Of a DNA stretch of 64,000 bases, positions 1-11,799 are shown one piece after another. The translations under genes were made by a program, and so were the position numbers. A model generated the notes under the pieces. That model ran no database searches and was not told the DNA's origin. It was given only the letters and a program-made list of their open reading frames with translations. Source of the DNA: Eledone cirrhosa (lineage: Eukaryota); assembly GCA_964016885.1 (NCBI GenBank), contig OZ024741.1, forward strand, positions 28,706,001 through 28,770,000, given 5' to 3'. Every line of letters begins with the position of its first letter. Positions within the stretch are counted from its first letter, which is position 1.

Positions 1-632
<632 letters not shown>

Positions 633-1406
633 AATGAAAGGTATAGAAAGTATTGTAGCAAGAAGCCAACAGTATTCCATAATATATAAGTGACTATAGC
701 GTCAAAATGGGAAAATAGTTAACGTAAGATGTGGGAAAAATAATTCAAACTCAATTCAAAAAGAATCAGGATATACATTTATCCAACAGAATTTAGTGAA
801 AACCAGGGAAAAATCAGTAGACCCTTAACTCATGATAAAATAAAGTTTAAAATACTCATCCTTCAATTTGGAACAACTACTAATGCTCTGTATAGTCTTG
901 AAATTCGATCGTCAGCAGAGCTCAACACGATAGCCAAAATCTCACTGATTAATATGCCAAAAAGGGAATTTAAAAGCAGGCTAGTTTAACATCATGCGTG
1001 ATTATGAAAATAAAACGCACATTTGGAAAAACAGGGCTGGTGACGTCAGAATGAGACGAATGTTTGTTTACATGAAACAACAGTCAAAAACATTCTGAAA
1101 AAAATTACTATTTTATATATTCATACATATATATATATAAAATAGTAGTATTACTATTATAATTATAATATTTACAGGAGTAGTTTAACTGAGTTACAGG
1201 TTGATTTAAAGCTCAATGCAGTGGGGACCACACAGAGCTGTTATAGAATAAGTTTAGAGACACCAAAGATTGAAAGCATTATTAAATTGATAAATGTTTC
1301 TGTCGGCCTAGAATTACAACCACTGAGTTATAATTTTATAATTTAATCCCTAGTTTGCAATTCAGCTGAAAATGTCCAGATTTGGTCGTCAGTCTACATG
1401 TGAAAC

Positions 1407-1499
1407 CACATATCTGAGGAACTTTCAATTTCAGATTCAGAAACGAACATAATCGATCGTTCCTCGAGCTGATCGGCAGTAAAACATATATAATAAGTG
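1407..1499 (+). ncRNA. Degenerate Penelope-type minimal hammerhead ribozyme-like motif
   Basis: cacatat-CTGAGGA-act...agt-aAAA-catata-TA-ataagtg: stem I with 1 mismatch, CUGANGA core, GAAA mutated to AAAA, near-palindromic stem III. Confidence 0.35.
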
Positions 1500-1630
1500 C
1501 TTAAATATGTATATGATGCAACACTGATTCTTTCTTCCCTAATCTTTTGTGTTGTTGGTGGTGCGAGTACGGAGTTAATTATTATAAAATAACAGGGGGC
1601 TGGACTGGTGTAATTCCTTAAAGGTTTATT

Positions 1631-1688
1631 ATACTATGAACATTTCAATGACCGGGTCCAGTATGAATCCGGTGACATCATCAGGTAT
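1631..1688 (-). ncRNA. Penelope-type minimal (type I) hammerhead ribozyme-like motif
   Basis: Minus strand: atac-CTGATGA-tgtcaccgg...ccggtcatt-GAAA-tgttca-TA-gtat-aataaa. Core boxes intact, perfect 4-bp stem I, imperfect stem II. Confidence 0.55.
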
Positions 1689-1787
1689 TCGAAATTTAAC
1701 AAAGGAATATAATCCATGGGGCTGAAAAGGCAGAGTGACAAAAAGGCGGCCACAAATTTAACAGTTTCTAGTTCGGTCTGCTGCCTT

Positions 1788-1837
<50 letters not shown>

Positions 1838-2070
1838 AATAAAATAACAAGGACGATTGGTTACTCCTTCGTTACGTTTATTGATTATTTCACTATAATA
1901 CACTCTGTCTAGCTCTACACCTCGACACTGAAGTGAACCTAAACATCGAGTACTCACCCGGGTGAACCTACAGTAACCCCAACTTACACTCCCTGGATAT
2001 ATATATATATATATATATAATGAGAAATTAATTGAAGTCGGATTTGCAGCTCATGTAGAAACTTTATTTG

Positions 2071-2157
2071 CATGTTACAATTGTTTCAATATCGTTCAGC
2101 TCGGGTGAGATCAAGGCGATCGAAGCAGAACTTCTCTTCGATATCTCCTCATATATG
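2071..2157 (-). ncRNA. Degenerate Penelope-type minimal hammerhead ribozyme-like motif
   Basis: Minus strand: catat-aTGAGGA-gatatcg...cgatatt-GAAA-caattg-TA-acatg-caaataaa. 7-bp stem II, palindromic stem III CAATTG, first core C mutated. Confidence 0.5.
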
Positions 2158-2873
2158 TGAGTTTACATCCGTGAACTCGCCAAATCATCACAGCTAAGCC
2201 ATCTGTATAGTATAGAAATTTTTTATAATAAAGTAAGGAGTGCGGGACTGCGTACGGTTTATTTCTTTTAATTCAGTTAGTAAAATAAGTTGGAATACTT
2301 TGAATAAATAATGAATGAATATTACATAATTTATCTACTAAATTTTGTAGCTGTTGATTAAATATATTTTATTGTTTATTTAAAGATTCACTTCTTTAAA
2401 ATTTTCAAATGTCAACACTTCCGGTTAGCGATCGCTTAAATAAACATTCATATATTTCCGTCACTAATTTTCTCCTAATGCTGTTTATATATAATATCGT
2501 CTTTTTTAAGGTATCATGGATTACGTTACTGATTACATAAGACAGTGTAATGCAGTCTTCGTTCAATTTCTGTGTATATTGTCAATTACGATTTTATTTG
2601 ATGTATCATATCTACATGCATATATATTTTTATTTTATTAAATAACGTTACAAATGGGAGTGAAAATATGAACATATGATATATACAAAGCATATAAATT
2701 AATTTACAGTAGAATAATGTAAAGGAAGGGGTGAACAACCGAGCCACCACCAGAGCAAAAGAGCAGCGAGGAGTACTGGGCAACCTCTCTAATGATTTTT
2801 GAGGCAAGCCAGCACACTCGCAGTGTTACCTCGGGTGATGACGAGGCTAATATCAATATGCACACTACACATG

Positions 2874-2911
2874 CTAGCAGAAAACCACCCGAGGGGTGGT
2901 TTTTCTGCTAG
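2874..2911. repeat. 17-bp inverted repeat/hairpin bounded by CTAG
   Basis: ctagcagaaaaccaccc-gag-gggtggtttttctgctag (one bulged T). Confidence 0.8.
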
Positions 2912-2919
2912 TTGTTGTT

Positions 2920-3070
2920 AATAAAGGCACAAGGAAAGAAAGTTGGGTCGACTGTGTTGTCACTTAAATCAATTATAGTAATTTACTGGTTCTTTATCTT
3001 ATGGATCCTGGAATGATGTGACACAAATTTAGCCACGGTGTAATTTGCATTCAGAACGTGAAGAGCTGAA
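2920..3070 (-). mobile_element. Highly diverged copy of the tRNA-derived SINE family
   Basis: ggcacaagg ... tactggttctttatc ... ggaatgatg ... atttgcattcagaacgtgaagagc is colinear with the better-preserved copies at 10714-10896 and 11356-11550. Confidence 0.5.
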
Positions 3071-3079
3071 GCATTTGGT

Positions 3080-3910
3080 GTAGGTGAACGGTATATTGAC
3101 GTAGAACAGGTACTGTGAAGCCATCAGCTGGCCAGTTTCAATACCATATGAGCGGCCAGCTAAATTTGTTCCCTCTCGTCCCTTTTGTATGTATTGGATC
3201 TCAAGCCATTACTACACGAATTGGAAACATTGAGAGGGGGGGGGGGGTCCCATGAGAACTTGGATGTGGGAGATCCGTGTCAGCAAATGCCAACGACGTC
3301 ACCCTAATGGTGTCGAATATCAAAACATATTGAGATGATTTAACTGCTCTTAGGGAACATGAAGCGGTAAGAAGTGCAAAAAGGAAAAGTCAGTGGGCCT
3401 GCAACTTGTCTCCTGGAGAGGCAGGCCCATACCACCGAACAGCGTCGTCGACCACTGCACGGACTGACCGATTAAATTACTCAGTTGTCTGTTTGGTCCA
3501 GACCTCCAGATAGACAATATCCTGGACGAGGTAACGAGCAAGACGGTCAATCTCACCCAGAAATGATCCGAGAGGAAGCTACCTCTGAAAGGTTAGTTAG
3601 AGGTAGCGAACGTGTACACCATGTAGGTCATCTACTACCGCCTGACCGTCGTATCTTGTCTTAGTGCAGGTTTGACTGCCATGGAGCGTTTATTCTTTCA
3701 ATTTTTGTGGAAGGAACAGGTTCCACTAGTCAGTCGGTTTATTGCTGTCAACACCGGCTGAGAGGAGAACTGGGAATGCTGTGGCAGATGCGCAAACATT
3801 CGCCTAAGCTACGACATCTTTAACTTTTCTTTGCCGGTGAACAGGTGTGATCACCGTTCTCTTGACATTTCCCCCAGCTCGTTTCCTTGACAGAGCTGCC
3901 GTCCGGGATC
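3080..3910 (+). mobile_element. L1/Tx1-like LINE ORF2 fragment (degenerate RT domains 4-7 and thumb)
   Basis: Manual translation across stops and frameshifts: ..LLYVLDLKPLL.., VSANANDVTLMVS (decayed YADD, ~3277), EKSVGLQL.SWRG, PIKLLSCLFGPDLQID, TQK*SERKLPLKG*LEVAN, VIYYRLTVV, MERLFFQFLWK..VPLV. Confidence 0.7.
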
Positions 3911-4409
3911 AATCGAAAACCGATAGGGAGCGATTGGAGACTGGGAGGCCTCTATTTGTCGCTTGATACGGTAGAAATAGCAGTCATATCTCTATTGCAG
4001 TAAAAAACATTTTACTGTATTTCAATATAAAACACGGGTCTGCTCGACCAAAGCTAATAACTCTGTCTACTAATACCAATTGTACTAATACCAATTGTAG
4101 TCATGTGGTGTTTAGGTCGTCATATATCTCTATTATTTACACCACTATTTTAAACAAAGCACGAAAAATTAAACCAAATAAAAGGACACGTTTGATCACA
4201 GGTCTTCTGAATCAGAATAGACATTGTGCTAAACAAAAACAACAAAACTATTCCCACCCCACGGACCCCTCAACGTGGTCACTGGAACTGCTAAAAGTCG
4301 CAGTCTAATCTGTTTTTAACAAATGTTAGGGGACTTTGGACAATATAATTCTAAATAAACCATGGCTGAATAGGGTTAGAGCTAAAATCAGAGTTGAATT
4401 GGGTCTAAA

Positions 4410-4700
4410 CAACAGAAGCAACACCAACAACAATAACAACCACAACTACAAAAGAGATGACTATTTCACCCATCAACATAACCAACACCATCGCCCTCTA
4501 CGACCATCAAAACCCTGAAAGGACTCAACGTCCATCATTTTAAACATCATCATCCTCAACAACATCATCATATTGATCATTCAACATTTCTCAGACGACG
4601 ACGACTACGACTACAGCGTCATGACACCCAAATAACAGCGAAGACAACGATACGAGGAATATCAAACAAACAAACAAACAAAACAGAACAAAACAAAAAA
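4410..4700. repeat. Low-complexity (CAA/CAT/GAC)n trinucleotide and (AAAC)n tracts
   Basis: Read directly. Confidence 0.7.
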
Positions 4701-4997
4701 AATATCAACAAAAACCAATATGGTGACAGCATCGAAAATAACAAACAGAAAAATATAGAAGGGAAAAAAGATATTACGAAGACGGAATTGAGATTCCCGA
4801 ATTAGATTCTCAGATGGTATATTAAATGTTATTTTAGATTGGACTGCTATGTACGACACACTGCAATTTCCTCATGAAAACATCCAGAAATATCAGAGTT
4901 TTCCATTTACTTCAGTCAATCTCTTAAAGAACTCCTCTGTGAATATGGGAATTGAATATGTAAATATGTGAATATGTGATAATCATATGTGTTTATG

Positions 4998-6169
<1,172 letters not shown>

Positions 6170-6178
<9 letters not shown>

Positions 6179-6220
6179 ATGGCTGCCCCTCGTTATCGAG
6201 TATGGCCATTGCACGAGAAA
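6170..6220 (-). mobile_element. Probable RTE-LINE 3' terminus
   Basis: Minus strand tctcgtgcaatggccatactcgataacgaggggcagccatc followed by a (ATGT)n-like tail. Resembles the short stem-loop 3' ends of RTE LINEs and has the same orientation as the RTE at 6837-10080. Confidence 0.45.
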
Positions 6221-6227
6221 AAAACAC

Positions 6228-6380
6228 AATAATAATAATTGTTTCTACTTTTGGCACAAGGCCAGCAATTACCCAGAACATTACTGGTACTTTATTTTAT
6301 CGACCCCGTAAGGATGAAAGGCAAAGTTAACCTCGGCGGGAGTTGAACTCAGATCGTAAACATAATAATAATAATAATAA
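6228..6380 (-). mobile_element. tRNA-derived SINE copy (partial), flanked by (AAT)n
   Basis: Shared core ttggcacaaggccagcaatt...tactggtactttattttatcgaccccgtaaggatgaaaggcaaagttaacctcggcggg..tgaactcag. Confidence 0.85.
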
Positions 6381-6730
6381 AGGAGAGGGAGAAAATTAAC
6401 CGATACCAGGAGGTAAAATGGATTTGGAACTGCCATGAAGCCAAAGTGGTCCCGATTGTCATAGGCGCACTAGGTACTATCTCAAAGAGTTTCCAAGGAT
6501 AGTTAAAGACAATTAGTCCAGGCCCGCTTTTTGGAACACTTCATAAGGCATGCTTACTGGGAACAGTAAGAACCCTCCGATACGTCCTGAATATCTGAGG
6601 CTGCAGGTAGTGGCTTGATATTCATTTCGACAAACTTTCCAGTTAAATAACATCAATGACTGAGATTCAAAGAACAATAATAATAATAATAATAATAATA
6701 ACGACAACGACAATAACAACAACAATAATA
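6381..6730 (+). mobile_element. R4/Dong-like RLE non-LTR retrotransposon 3' end fragment
   Basis: Translates EREKINRYQEVKWIWNCHEAKVVPIVIGALGTISKSFQG*LKTI...LHKACLLGTVRTLRYVLNI*, then a short UTR and an (AAT)n tail. Confidence 0.8.
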
Positions 6731-6734
6731 ATAT

Positions 6735-6762
6735 ACAGATATAGATATACACACGCACACAC

Positions 6763-6812
<50 letters not shown>

Positions 6813-6828
6813 ACACACACACACACAC
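6735..6828. repeat. (CA)n microsatellite
   Basis: Read directly. Confidence 0.95.
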
Positions 6829-6836
6829 GATAGCAA

Positions 6837-9800
6837 TTAACAGCACTGCGATCGAATGTGGCTTTTTAGCCCAGCCAATGATCTAAAATGTCTTGCACAG
6901 AGTTGGCAACCAAAACATTCACTGGGAATAGTCGGCTGTGGTTGGAGTTCATGTACTTTTGCATGTCGTTTGAGCCCACCTGCTGATCTACACTCTCTAC
7001 CACATGTTTGGCAAGCATAATGAGTAGCATCTCCAACACCAGCCTGGTAGTCAACCACTGGTCTCACTTTATGACTGCGAAGATAACTTTCGAGTCCTGC
7101 TTTGCTTAGGCAGAGTCTCGCACAGACGCTGCATGTCAGCGCCATAGGAGGACCTTCGCCGTCTGGAAATGCAACGGTAATGCCCTTCCGCACATCCCTC
7201 TTTACTTTCTCGTATGCGATTCGAGATGCCTCAAAGGCAACTTTCCCCCCATATACAGTCTTTCTCCATTTATTACGAACAGCAGCAACATTTTCCCATG
7301 TATCAGCAGAGATGTTAGCGTCTTTCAAAGAGGCTTTCAAGGAATCCTTATACCTCTTTTTTGGTTTATGTGGCGGTCGTTTTCCTTTAACTAACTCTCC
7401 ATAAAAGAGTTGTTTTAGTATTCTAGAATCCTTCATCCTGGCGAGGTGACCACTCCGACGGAGTCTTTGGTTAAGCACAAGAGCTTCTATACTGTCACAC
7501 AGAGAGCTTTCCAAAATCTCGACACCACTGATGTGGTCCCTCCAGTGAACGCCATGGATCCGTCTGAGACACATCTGATGGAAACGCTTCAATTGTTTAA
7601 GGCGGTGTCGATATGTGACCCAGGTCTCGCAGGCATAAAGAAGAGAAGAGATCACACATGCCTTGTACACCTTTACCTTTGTCTTCTTGCATATGTCTCG
7701 CCGACCCCAGAGTCACCTTTCTAGCTTTCCGAATGCATCACTTGCTTTCCTAATCCTGAGTGGGATTTCATTATCAAGGTTGCTGTATCGATTGACAGTG
7801 CTTCCCAGGTAGACGAACTGATCAACCACTCCAAGTCGTTTACCATACACATAGATATTTGGCTCACTGTACTGCTTACCAGGGGCAGGTTGGTACATGA
7901 CGACGGTTTTCTTGAGACTGACAGTCAATCCTAGGGCAGTGCAAGCATCAGAAAATGCATTCAAAATGTACTGCATATCACTCTCCGTGTGCGCTACAAG
8001 ATCGCAATCATCTGCATACAAGAGGTCTCTTATGATTGATGTAAATACTTTTGATTTTGCAGCAAAGCGCCTGATGTTAAATATGCTGCCTGAAATTCGA
8101 TATTGGATGTAAACACCATGCTCGCAATTCCTGAATGCAATATAGAAAACCATTGCAAGATATATGGCAAACAGGGTCGGTGCTGGAATATCCCCCTATT
8201 TCACTCCATTTTTTACTGAGATAGGCTCCGACATCTTACCTCCGACATTAACCCAAACCCTCATGTCGTCATGGAAAGACCTAACCAAAGCAAGTAACTT
8301 ATCAGAGCAACCAAGTTTCTGGAGAACCTTCCATATGCATTTCTGTTAACAGTATCGAAAGCTTCTGTCAGATCGACAAAAACCTCATACAGATCCAAAC
8401 CTTGTTCCATGCACTTATCCTGGAGCTGTCTAGCTGAGAAGATCATATCAGTAGTGCCGCGTCCAGCACGTAAACCAGATTGACTTTCAGGAAGAACACA
8501 ATCTGCAATGTGTGTCAGCAGACGGTCCAGAAGCACCCTACATAAAACTTTCCCTACGACAGAAAGCAATGATATACCTCTGTAGTTCCCACAATCATTC
8601 CTGTTATCCTTTCCCTTGTACAAGACCACCATTACTGCATCTCTCCAGTCCTCGGGTACTGATTCATTAGCCCATATCCTGACAAAAAAAGAGTGAAGAT
8701 GTTGCAGAAGTATTTCACCACCATATTGTAGGAGCTCTGCATGTATGTCATCCATACCTGGAGACCTTCCACTGTTCAACTTCGAGATAGCTACTGCAAC
8801 CTCCACAAGCGTCGGAGGTTCTGCGAGAGCTACTTTCACAGGACTTTCTGGAATGAGATTGTGGAAATCTTCATTGACCACAGACGGCTGATTCAAAAGT
8901 TCATGAAAGTGCTCTTGCCACCTTCCTAGAATTCCTTGTGAGTCACGAAGTAGTTTTTTGCCATCCTTGCTGCGAATCGGTGTCACCAGAGAAGAAGACG
9001 GTCCATAAACCTCACGCAAGAGACTGTACAACAGCTTTATGTTATTGGAATCTGATGCAGCCTGTATCTAATCAGCCTTCTCACTCCACCACTGATCCTT
9101 CATCTGAGAAAGACTCCGCCTAACACATGATTTCACATCCTTGAGTTCCTTATGCAACATATTCTTCTCCTGTGGTTTTGCTGTCAAGTAGCGTGACAGA
9201 GCACGCCTCTTAGCCAACAAGTCTTCTATATGTTCATCATTCTCATTAAACCAGTCTTGATGTTTTCTCTGCACCAATCCCAGAAGACGCCTGCCTACAT
9301 CATAAACCGACTTTTTAAGCGTCGGCCAATCCTCACCAAGATCTGCAACCTGCATCTCTTCTCGCAATATCCTCTTCACATTTTTATCCCTAAGACGAGC
9401 AACATTCAATCTTTTGGGCAGGGTAACACCAGGAGCCCGGATTTTACGTTTAGTGATTAGTTTCACTTTTGCGCGTACCAGGCGGTGGTCCGTCCAGCAC
9501 TTAGCTCCACGAAGAACACGAACACACTGCACACTCCGTCTGTCACGCATCCTGACAAAGTCGTAGTTCAAAAGATGCCATTCCTTAGATGCAGGATGCA
9601 TCCATGTGGTCTTAGATTTGTTCTTTTGTTGGAACATGGTGTTGGTAATACACAGATCCAGCTCCTCACACATCTGCAGCAAGAGCATACCATTGTTGTT
9701 ACACTTTCCCACCCCATGCCTTCCGATTACATTCCATGTGTTAAAATCCCTACCCACTCTAGCATTAAAGTCACCAAGCACGATAACTTTGTCTGCCTGA

Positions 9801-10080
9801 GGGATATTTCTTAAAACACCTTTCAAGGCATGGTAAAAAGACACTTTTTCTTCATCGACAGAATTCATAGTTGGAGCATACACACTCACCAGGGTCCCAT
9901 GTCTTCCTTTGTCCAGCGTAATTCTCATGGACATAAGACGCTCACTAATCCTCACTGGGAATTCTTCTAAGTCTTAATAGCAAATGCTACCCCAGCCTCT
10001 CTTCTGGTTCCTTCATCTCTTCCTTTCCAGAATAATGTATATTCTCCACAAAATTCTGTAAGATGACCATCTTCAGCTAA
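6837..10080 (-). mobile_element. RTE-clade (BovB-like) LINE, 5'-truncated and disrupted: APE endonuclease + RT + C-terminal C2H2-type fingers
   Basis: ORF pieces 9068-9955 (VSVYAPT, LGDFNARVG, TDHRLV = APE), 8261-9031 (SPGMDDI, NYRGISLLS, FVDLTEAFDTVNR), 7713-8153 (LLYADD, FVYLGS) and 6837-7670 (LLYACETW, LFYGEL..GKR, CxxC...H fingers), broken by stops and frameshifts. Confidence 0.93.
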
Positions 10081-10081
10081 A

Positions 10082-10683
10082 AAGAGAGGGAAAATGGTAA
10101 AAGCATCACTCAGTTGCAGTAACAGGAGGAGAGAATGTGACAATCTTATGGGACTTCCCTGTGAACACCGACAGAACGATTAAGTCCAACAGACCTGATA
10201 TAATTGTGAAGGACTATAAAACGAAAAGATACTCTTTAATTGACATGAGCATTCCACCAGATCGTAACATCTGCTCGAAGGAGTTCAGAAAGCTCATTAA
10301 ATATAAAGATCTGACAAATAAAATTGGGAAAATGTGGCATCTTAAAGCCTGTACAATACCAGTGATAGTCAGTGCATTTGGAATGATAAAAAATGGAACT
10401 GAAAAATATTTGGACCAGATACTTGGAGAGCCATCTCTGCAAGAGAAACAAAAAACAGTGTTGACTGGCACTGTCCTTGTCATGAGAAGGACAACATTAT
10501 CAATTTAGATATCTTGTAAAGCCATTTACTGTAGTTTGTGCCATTGTGGCATCATTTGTATGACATTTCATTGTAAAATGTGTGTATTGTCAAATTTTGC
10601 CTCAGGTGTTAGGTTGACACTCGGAATGATTTGAAAAGAAGCAGAATTCAAAGGAACTTTCAAATAACAACAATAATAATAAT
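10082..10683 (+). mobile_element. R4/Dong-like RLE non-LTR retrotransposon 3' fragment (restriction-like endonuclease domain)
   Basis: ORF 10137-10508: ILWDFPVNTDRTIKSNRPDII..LIDMSIP.D..K..KYKDL..IPVIVSAFG, then UTR and an (AAT)n tail. Confidence 0.88.
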
Positions 10684-11147
10684 GCATTGGTGAGTTTTAT
10701 ATCGAATAATAATTGTTTCTACTTTTGGCACAAGGCCAGCCATTAACCCAGTGTATTACTGGTGCTTTATTTTATCGACCCCGTAGGGATGAAAGGCAAA
10801 GTTAACCTTGGCGGGATTTGAATTCAGATCATAAAGAGCCGTATGCTGCAAAACATGGCTTCCAACTCCCTAGCGATACTGCCAATCCACCGCCCTTATA
10901 TATCGAATATATCGCCTTTATATCGAATAATAATAATATTCGATTAGTTTGCAAGCAAACAGCCTCATTACGCCATGTTTTTTAGATGATCATCGTCATC
11001 CTTTTGTTCTAGCAGTGACAGAGAAACAACTGTCACCGTTAGAACAATAAGATTATGATGGTCGTCTAAATCACAGCGTAATGAGGCTGTTTGCTTTCAA
11101 ACGAATCGGATATTATTATTAATCGATATAAAGCTTACGAATTCATT
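10681..11147. mobile_element. Fold-back (MITE-like) element interrupted by a SINE
   Basis: 10919-10973 pairs with 11076-11130 (55 bp, 4 mismatches). Inner arms also pair around the loop agaaacaa. The outer right end (11131-11147) pairs with 10681-10697 on the far side of the SINE. Confidence 0.75.
10714..10896 (-). mobile_element. Near full-length tRNA-derived SINE with 18-bp target-site duplication
   Basis: Minus strand head ggcggtggattggcagtatcg (A-box-like) ... gaattcaaatcc (B-box-like), core gcctttcatccctacggggtcgataaaataaagcaccag, (ATT)n tail. TSD tttatatcgaataataat at 10696-10713 and 10917-10934. Confidence 0.85.
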
Positions 11148-11196
11148 TACGTATCCGCTATGTTAGAGCGAAAAACAAAATTCTAATTTTGTTTTT

Positions 11197-11668
11197 AATA
11201 ATAATAATGGTTTCTGATTTAGGCACAAGGCCAACAATTTCGGGGAGGAGAAAGTCGATTAAATCGACCCAGTGCGTTACTGGTACTTTATTTTATCGAC
11301 CCCGTAAGGATGAACGGCAAAACTAAACGCGGTGGGATTAGCATTGCGTTTCAATAATAATAATTGTTTTTACTTTTAGGCAATTTGAAGAGGGAGGGGA
11401 TTAAATCGACCCCAGTAGTACTTTATTTTATTGACTCTGTAAGGATAAAAGGCAAAGCTAACCTCATCGGGATTTGAACTCAGAACATAACGAGCCGTAA
11501 CTCAATACCACAAAGCATGTTGTTCGACGCTCTACCAATACTGCCAAATAATAATAATAATAATTGTTTCTACTTTTGGCACAAGGCCAGCAATTACGCA
11601 GTGCATTACTGGTACTTTATTTTATCGACCCCGTAAGGATGAAAGGCAAAGTTAAATAATAATAATAA
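11197..11668 (-). mobile_element. Three tandem, same-orientation SINE copies separated by (AAT)n (~11197-11350, 11356-11550, 11550-11668)
   Basis: Each carries the tactttattttatcgaccccgtaaggatgaaaggcaaag core or a variant of it. Confidence 0.85.
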
Positions 11669-11799
11669 AACTTTTTCCAAATAGGAACGAAAAGGGACCA
11701 GATTTCCATTAAGTAGGGAAAGGTGAGATACATGATTTATCTCATTCGTTTGGAATCAGCAAGAAGGTCCTGAAGCTTTCTGAAGATTATGTAATGTTA

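Noticed and set aside
1041-1048. CRE-like palindrome TGACGTCA
   Set aside because: A single 8-mer with no associated gene or promoter evidence; expected by chance.
3960-4320. Possible remnants of a second SINE family (gtagaaatagcagtcatatctc; ctggaactgctaaaagtcgcagtctaatc)
   Set aside because: Too short and decayed to delimit or classify without a search.
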